From positions 1 through 29,999 of IMG/VR virus record IMGVR_UViG_3300021433_000016: 29,999 nt of DNA. One strand, given 5' to 3'. Under the pieces are notes generated by a model. The model worked only from the letters and a program-made list of their open reading frames with translations, did not search any database and was not told where the DNA came from. The translations under genes were made by a program, and so were the position numbers. Positions 25,369 to 29,999 of this stretch are shown here, piece after piece. The DNA is from a virus. Its lineage: Duplodnaviria > Caudoviricetes. Position 1 is the first letter of the stretch. Each line of letters begins with the position of its first letter.

Positions 25369-25980
25369 GTGGATTATCACATCTATTTCCACCTTGGCGC
25401 GGATGGCAAACTGGATCAGGCGCTTGAGTTGTTGAACAGAATCATAATCAACGAGGAGAAAATCATGTCTACGCAAGTCACAGCAACACAAGCTCTGGCC
25501 GATCTTACATCTGCGGTAACTTCGCTTCAGGGCAGCACTTCCGAACTCACAACCGCCGATCAAGCGCTTGACGCGGCGATTACAACCCTTTTGGCTGCTC
25601 AAGCCGCTGGAGCAGGGGTATCTCCCGCCGCCGTGGAAGCACTGGTTACTCAGTTGAATACGGCCTCGGCTGCATTAAAGCCTGTCGTTACCGATCTGGC
25701 TACCCAAACTACGAACATCACCGCCGCGACTCCAGCAACCATTACAGTTGCCGTTTCTCCCGCTACGGCTGGCCCTGTGGCTCAGGGATCAACGCAGCAG
25801 TTCACGGCGACAACCAACGATCCCGCTGGGGTTAGCTGGTCGGTAAGTCCTGCGACGGGCGGAACGATCTCCATGACCGGGCTTTACACACCGCCGACGA
25901 CTCCGGGCGGCGCGGCCAGCGTGATCGCAACCAGCATCACCAACACCTCGGTTTTCGGAACCGCTACGGTAACCTACTAG
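25369..25980 (+). CDS. coiled-coil plus C-terminal Ig-like (Big_2-type) domain protein
   Basis: 'VAVSPAT..VAQGSTQQFTAT...VSWSV...GTISMTGLYTPP'. Alternative start ATG 25465 has a GAGGAG RBS. Confidence 0.7.
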   Translation: MDYHIYFHLGADGKLDQALELLNRIIINEEKIMSTQVTATQALADLTSAVTSLQGSTSELTTADQALDAAITTLLAAQAAGAGVSPAAVEALVTQLNTASAALKPVVTDLATQTTNITAATPATITVAVSPATAGPVAQGSTQQFTATTNDPAGVSWSVSPATGGTISMTGLYTPPTTPGGAASVIATSITNTSVFGTATVTY

Positions 25981-26009
25981 CCTTTTCCCCGAATGGCGCA
26001 TTTAGCGCT

Positions 26010-26060
26010 ATGGCCTCAGAAGGGGAGCCGAGCAATCGGAACATCTGAGGCCATTTATTT
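26010..26060 (+). terminator. long hairpin, probable terminator or regulatory stem
   Basis: ATGGCCTCAGA/TCTGAGGCCAT (11 bp) enclosing CCGA-GCAA-TCGG, followed by a T-rich tract. Confidence 0.6.
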
Positions 26061-26063
26061 CTT

Positions 26064-26873
26064 ATGCCCATAACTCCGCCGCTTTCCGAAACCGCGATTG
26101 CTTATAGTTTTGAGGATATTGCCACGGATGCGGCGATTGAAGTGAACATCAGTGCGCCCGGTGAAATCGTTGATCCCGATGTCCTCCAGTGGATTTTCCG
26201 AAAGGGAAACTACATGCTCGACACGTGGGCGACTAGCAAGAAATACGCCTACGCCTCTGTCTTTACCGACTACACCCTTCCGGTAAATCTTCCAGTACAG
26301 CCCGATGGTTCTGCTGCCGCAACCATCGGACCTGCCCCCGGTGCCACGTATTTTGCTACTCAAAGGCCTGTAAAGATCGTGTCGGCCAGCGCGATCATCA
26401 ACAATACTACGCCTCCGGTGCTGGCTCCGATCTCGATAGAGACGAATCAGTGGTGGGCCGGAGTGACTTTGCCCGGTATTTCAAGCATGTACCCGACAAA
26501 CCTGTTCTATAACCCAACATTTCCAAATGGCACATTGTATCTGTGGCCGATTTCAAATACAGCGTTTGGGTTGAGGCTCGAAACTTGGGTGCAGATACTC
26601 CAATTCGACAGCATTACTGATCCAGTGGGAGGGCCGCAATCAAGTACGACAGTTCCGCCCGGTTACCGAGCCGCGATGATGCTGAGTCTGGCCGAAATGC
26701 TTGGCGGAACCCCGTCGCCATCCCTTAGGGCAGATGCGGCAGCGGCTAGGGCAGCAGTGTTTACGAATAACGCAGAGACAGCAAACATCTCAACGCTGGA
26801 TTCTGGAATGCCTGGTACGCAAGAGGGGCGAAGATCGACAACCTTTTCGTATCGCACGCGCACGTGGACGTAA
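26064..26873 (+). CDS. head-to-tail adaptor (P22 gp4-like)
   Basis: 'APGE...NYMLDTW', 'QRPVKIVSA', 'LYLWP', 'VPPGYRAAMMLSLA'; located upstream of the gp10-like gene. Confidence 0.75.
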   Translation: MPITPPLSETAIAYSFEDIATDAAIEVNISAPGEIVDPDVLQWIFRKGNYMLDTWATSKKYAYASVFTDYTLPVNLPVQPDGSAAATIGPAPGATYFATQRPVKIVSASAIINNTTPPVLAPISIETNQWWAGVTLPGISSMYPTNLFYNPTFPNGTLYLWPISNTAFGLRLETWVQILQFDSITDPVGGPQSSTTVPPGYRAAMMLSLAEMLGGTPSPSLRADAAAARAAVFTNNAETANISTLDSGMPGTQEGRRSTTFSYRTRTWT

Positions 26874-27061
26874 AATGCCGAGAGAATCAGTAACACTGGA
26901 AATGAAGCAAATTCGCAACTTTCTCGACGTATCCCTCAGGGCGCATCTAGCGGCCAAGGGTGCGTTGTGTCCTTGCTGCGAACTGCCAAAAGATTTGTGC
27001 CGCTGCATCTCTCGTGAAAATCACATCCGGGTAGCCTTTCAGCCTGCACATCAGAGGGCAA

Positions 27062-27241
27062 ATGGCTGATTTGGTGCTGACCATTAGAGTTCACGATCCT
27101 GATGAGAAGAAAGACCCTAAAATGTCCGCCTGCTGGGTGCGAATCAATCTGGACCGAGCGAACATTGGAACATCGGCAGAGAAACTGGCGGAACAACTCA
27201 CGCCGCATCTCAAAGAGATTAAGAATTTGAGGCTCACGTAG
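27062..27241 (+). CDS. hypothetical protein (59 aa)
   Basis: MADLVLTIRVHDPDEKKDPKMSACWVRINLDR...; GAGGG RBS. Confidence 0.5.
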   Translation: MADLVLTIRVHDPDEKKDPKMSACWVRINLDRANIGTSAEKLAEQLTPHLKEIKNLRLT

Positions 27242-27293
27242 TGCTTGCTTTTTACCGAACTAGACGACCACGATCCAAGGTAGGAGGTTAGTC

Positions 27294-28823
27294 ATCGCCC
27301 GCTTCGGATTCAATTCTGGCGCATATCAATTACAGTCGCCAAACGTTGACAATGAGACCTGCATCAATCGAATCCCGGAAACTCCCGAGACGGCTGGTGC
27401 AAAGTCGGCAATTACGTTGATGCCAAGTCCCGGCCTCGCAACAAAGTACACGCTCCCAGAGTCATCTATCCCTTGGGAATTTCAGGTCAATGGGCGCGGA
27501 TTCGTGGCTGGAGCTAGTTTCTACGAACTTCTGACCAATGGGACCTATACGAACTGGGGAACGCTAAACGTAACGCCTGTTACCCCAACACAAATTTTCT
27601 GCTGCCAGACGCACTTGCTGATTCTGTCGAACGGCGATCTCTTCATCTTTGTGCTCACTGCCTTCACTGACTCAAACGGCGCGAATCATCCTGCGAATAG
27701 CTTCTTGGCCGTGGACATGGCACAATTCAACGGGCCAGTGTTGCAAATCGACTTCTGTGATGGATACTTTTTCGCGGTAATTCAGGACTCGAACACGTTT
27801 CAGGTCTCAAATCTCGAAGACGGCACGACATGGAGCGGGCTGTTTATCTCAACAATCTCTCGCTTTCCTGACAACATCGTGTCCCTGAAATTCGATCACG
27901 ATATCGTTTGGTTTCTCTCCGGGAAGAAGATCATCGGCTATTACGACTGCGGGGCGGGCTATCCGCCATTCATCCCAATCCAGGGGGCCTTCCTCGAAGA
28001 TGGCTGCGCTGCGACGTTCGGGACCGTACAGGCGAACGATACGTTTTGCTGGATTGAGCAGAGTGAGCGCGGCAGCGGCGTGGTGAAGATGATGGGACAG
28101 AATGTCGGAATAAGGATTTCGACTCTGGCAGTCGAGTTTGCCCTGCAATCCTACTCCACCATCGCGGATGCGGTGAGCTATGCGTATGAAGATCAGGGAC
28201 ACAAGTTCCTGATGATCCGCTTTCCAACGGCAAACGAGACATGGTGCTATGACTTCTTTACCTCGTTGTGGCACAAGAGAGCCTTCTGGAATCAGAGGAC
28301 CGGAACGTTCATTGCTCATCGTTCAATGTCGCACATGGAATTTATGGGAATGCATCTCGTTGGCGATCCTCTCTCTGGGAATATCTACGAGATGTCCATC
28401 AACATCTATGAGGACTTCGGTAATCCGCTTATCTGGGAGCGCGGAGGGCCGCAAATCTCGGTAGAGAACAAATGGCTATACCATGACGAAGTAGAATTCG
28501 ACATCCAGATGGGAGTTGGGCCGATTCCTCCGCTGCTGGACGGCAATCAGCCGAGGGCACCGCAGGTCATCCTGTACTGGATCGACCGCCTTACGCAACG
28601 CAGTAACGACTACTATCTATCAATTGGGCAAGCGGGAGTGTCGAATGTTCGCGCGCGAAAGGTCAAGCTTGGCCGTTCTCGAATGCGGCAGTATTTCTTG
28701 AGGGGTAGCGATCCTGTTCCCGTGAGGATATGCGATGCTTTCCTGACGGCAAGGACGGAAGATGGGCAGTACGCCTATAAGCCGGGAGAGCGAATCTCTG
28801 AGCAACTTCGGAAGATCACATAG
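27294..28823 (+). CDS. packaged DNA stabilization / tail hub protein (P22 gp10-like), apparent ATC start
   Basis: 'DGYF', 'PDNIVSL', 'GC.A', 'AYEDQGHKF...FPTANETWCYD...WHKR'. The frame stays open upstream of TTG 27417 to ATC 27294, 6 nt after AGGAGG. Confidence 0.85.
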   Translation: MARFGFNSGAYQLQSPNVDNETCINRIPETPETAGAKSAITLMPSPGLATKYTLPESSIPWEFQVNGRGFVAGASFYELLTNGTYTNWGTLNVTPVTPTQIFCCQTHLLILSNGDLFIFVLTAFTDSNGANHPANSFLAVDMAQFNGPVLQIDFCDGYFFAVIQDSNTFQVSNLEDGTTWSGLFISTISRFPDNIVSLKFDHDIVWFLSGKKIIGYYDCGAGYPPFIPIQGAFLEDGCAATFGTVQANDTFCWIEQSERGSGVVKMMGQNVGIRISTLAVEFALQSYSTIADAVSYAYEDQGHKFLMIRFPTANETWCYDFFTSLWHKRAFWNQRTGTFIAHRSMSHMEFMGMHLVGDPLSGNIYEMSINIYEDFGNPLIWERGGPQISVENKWLYHDEVEFDIQMGVGPIPPLLDGNQPRAPQVILYWIDRLTQRSNDYYLSIGQAGVSNVRARKVKLGRSRMRQYFLRGSDPVPVRICDAFLTARTEDGQYAYKPGERISEQLRKIT

Positions 28824-29164
28824 TGCCCACTACGCAGATAACACGTCGCCCTCCGCCCTTGCGTTTTGCCGATCTTTCCCAGCCCATGCAATTCTGGGAG
28901 TTAGAGACTCAACAATCTGCGCCCCTGAATAAAGTAGATACGTCGAACGGTTCGTATACGGAAGCGCCCCCTGCGGCGGGGCTGGATACCACTACGGGGC
29001 AAACGAACCAGAACCAAGAAATCACCTACATAAAGATTTCGGCAGATGACAATACGTTCACACTTAAGGGTGCGAATCTTCCTCTTGGTCCTTATACTTT
29101 GACGGCGCTAGGAGGCAGCTTCAAAATCAAGTCTGACGGAACGGACTGGTACAAAAGCGCATGA
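28823..29164 (+). CDS. hypothetical tail-associated protein
   Basis: Coupled to the gp10 stop; 'YIKISADDNTFTL...KIKSDGTDWY' beta-rich motif seen in tail proteins. Confidence 0.6.
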   Translation: MPTTQITRRPPPLRFADLSQPMQFWELETQQSAPLNKVDTSNGSYTEAPPAAGLDTTTGQTNQNQEITYIKISADDNTFTLKGANLPLGPYTLTALGGSFKIKSDGTDWYKSA

Positions 29165-29373
29165 TCTTTGAGGAAATTCTTAAACGAGAACTAGGAGATG
29201 GAATCTCGATTGAATCCAAAATCGACGATTCAGCGATTGAGTCGCTCGAATATCTGGCCTTCATCAAAGCGCTTGAAGACGAGTATCGTCTTACTTTGGA
29301 TGAGGTCACGATTCAGCGGTGCGAGACATTCCACGATTTGTATGACCTTATTCGCCTTACGCCATCATGCTAA
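29161..29373 (+). CDS. acyl carrier protein-like
   Basis: 'DDSAIESLEYLAFIKALEDEYRLTLDEVTIQRCETFHDLYDLI' aligns by eye with AcpP '[43 protein letters not shown]'. Ser28 is at the phosphopantetheine site. Confidence 0.75.
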   Translation: MIFEEILKRELGDGISIESKIDDSAIESLEYLAFIKALEDEYRLTLDEVTIQRCETFHDLYDLIRLTPSC

Positions 29374-29822
29374 AGCTTCAAGTCGAGCCCTGGGAAGTTC
29401 TCTGGCGGGACGGCCAAGATATTTTCAGAACTCACTATGACGAACTTGCCCTCCACAAGGAATCTATGCCGTTGGGGCTTGATAACGAGTTATATTCCGA
29501 TCTCCAGACAAAGAATTTCTTGCTCATTGTAACCGCCAGACGGAGTGGGAGGCTCGTCGGCTATTATGTCGGCGTCATCGTCTCGCATCATCCGCACAAC
29601 AAAGACGCTGGCAAGGTTTCCACTACTGATATGTTCTACATTATTCCCAGCGAGCGAAAAGGAGGAGCTGGAGTTAAGCTCTTGAAGTTCGCTGAAGCAG
29701 AATTAAAGGCAAATGGAGTCATTAAAGCGACGATTAGTACAAAGGCGGGATTTGAGAACGGTGAATTGCTAGAAGCTTTGGGTTGGCACAAGTCAGATAT
29801 AGTGAGACAAAAAGTCCTCTAG
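29367..29822 (+). CDS. GNAT-family acyltransferase
   Basis: 'GRLVGY...DMFYIIPSERKGGAGVKLLKFAEAELKANGV...LEALGW' (motif A). Confidence 0.85.
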   Translation: MLKLQVEPWEVLWRDGQDIFRTHYDELALHKESMPLGLDNELYSDLQTKNFLLIVTARRSGRLVGYYVGVIVSHHPHNKDAGKVSTTDMFYIIPSERKGGAGVKLLKFAEAELKANGVIKATISTKAGFENGELLEALGWHKSDIVRQKVL

Positions 29823-29823
29823 T

Positions 29824-29999
29824 ATGTCGATCACTGGTCCTATTCTAGCGGTTGCTGCAATTGGGGCGGCCAGTAGTGTCGCTGGTGGCGTCATGCAAGC
29901 CAATGCTGCGGGGAATGCAGCGCAGGCGCAAGAAACAGCAGCACAGCAGGCGCAGCAACTTGAGCAGCAGAATCAGCAACAAGGGATAAGTTTTCAGCA
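29824..29999 (+). CDS. DNA ejection/pilot protein (P22 gp7-like), 3' truncated by the window
   Basis: MSITGPILAVAAIGAASSVAGGVMQANAAGNAAQAQETAAQQ...: hydrophobic Gly/Ala N-terminus then Ala/Gln-rich, directly after the GNAT. Confidence 0.7.
   Translation, partial: MSITGPILAVAAIGAASSVAGGVMQANAAGNAAQAQETAAQQAQQLEQQNQQQGISFQ

Noticed and set aside
1-29999. CRISPR array, integrase/att site, IS element, tRNA, alternative genetic code
   Set aside because: No spaced repeats, recombinase or transposase motifs, or cloverleafs were seen. Core genes are intact in the standard code and use all three stop codons.

Overview
The whole window is part of a tailed dsDNA phage or prophage with a P22-like (podovirus) virion module. 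From left to right: (i) a rightward recombination/replication block (ERF annealase, YqaJ/lambda-type exonuclease, HerA/DUF87-type ATPase, short replication-initiator and helicase-loader-like genes, HNH and NinG-like nucleases; about 1-7460); (ii) a leftward run of very small accessory ORFs headed by an HNH-like gene (7460-11374); (iii) divergent promoters with no recognisable CI/Cro, followed by two highly structured non-coding stretches; (iv) terS, terL, a cluster of mini-proteins (RHH regulator, DUF6582-like, HiPIP-like, ChaB-like), portal, scaffold, P22-type coat protein, gp4- and gp10-like head-tail proteins, an acyl carrier protein-like gene plus a GNAT, and the start of an ejection protein. 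I saw no integrase, lysis cassette, tRNA or CRISPR array. The best leads are an ACP-GNAT-ejection protein cassette (possible virion-protein acylation), a signal-peptide-bearing Cys-rich protein in the capsid decoration slot, several large candidate ncRNAs found by manual base-pairing (including a ~340-nt nested fold before the replication genes), a signal-less HiPIP, and an apparent ATC start for gp10. All family calls come from motif recognition by eye, not database searches.
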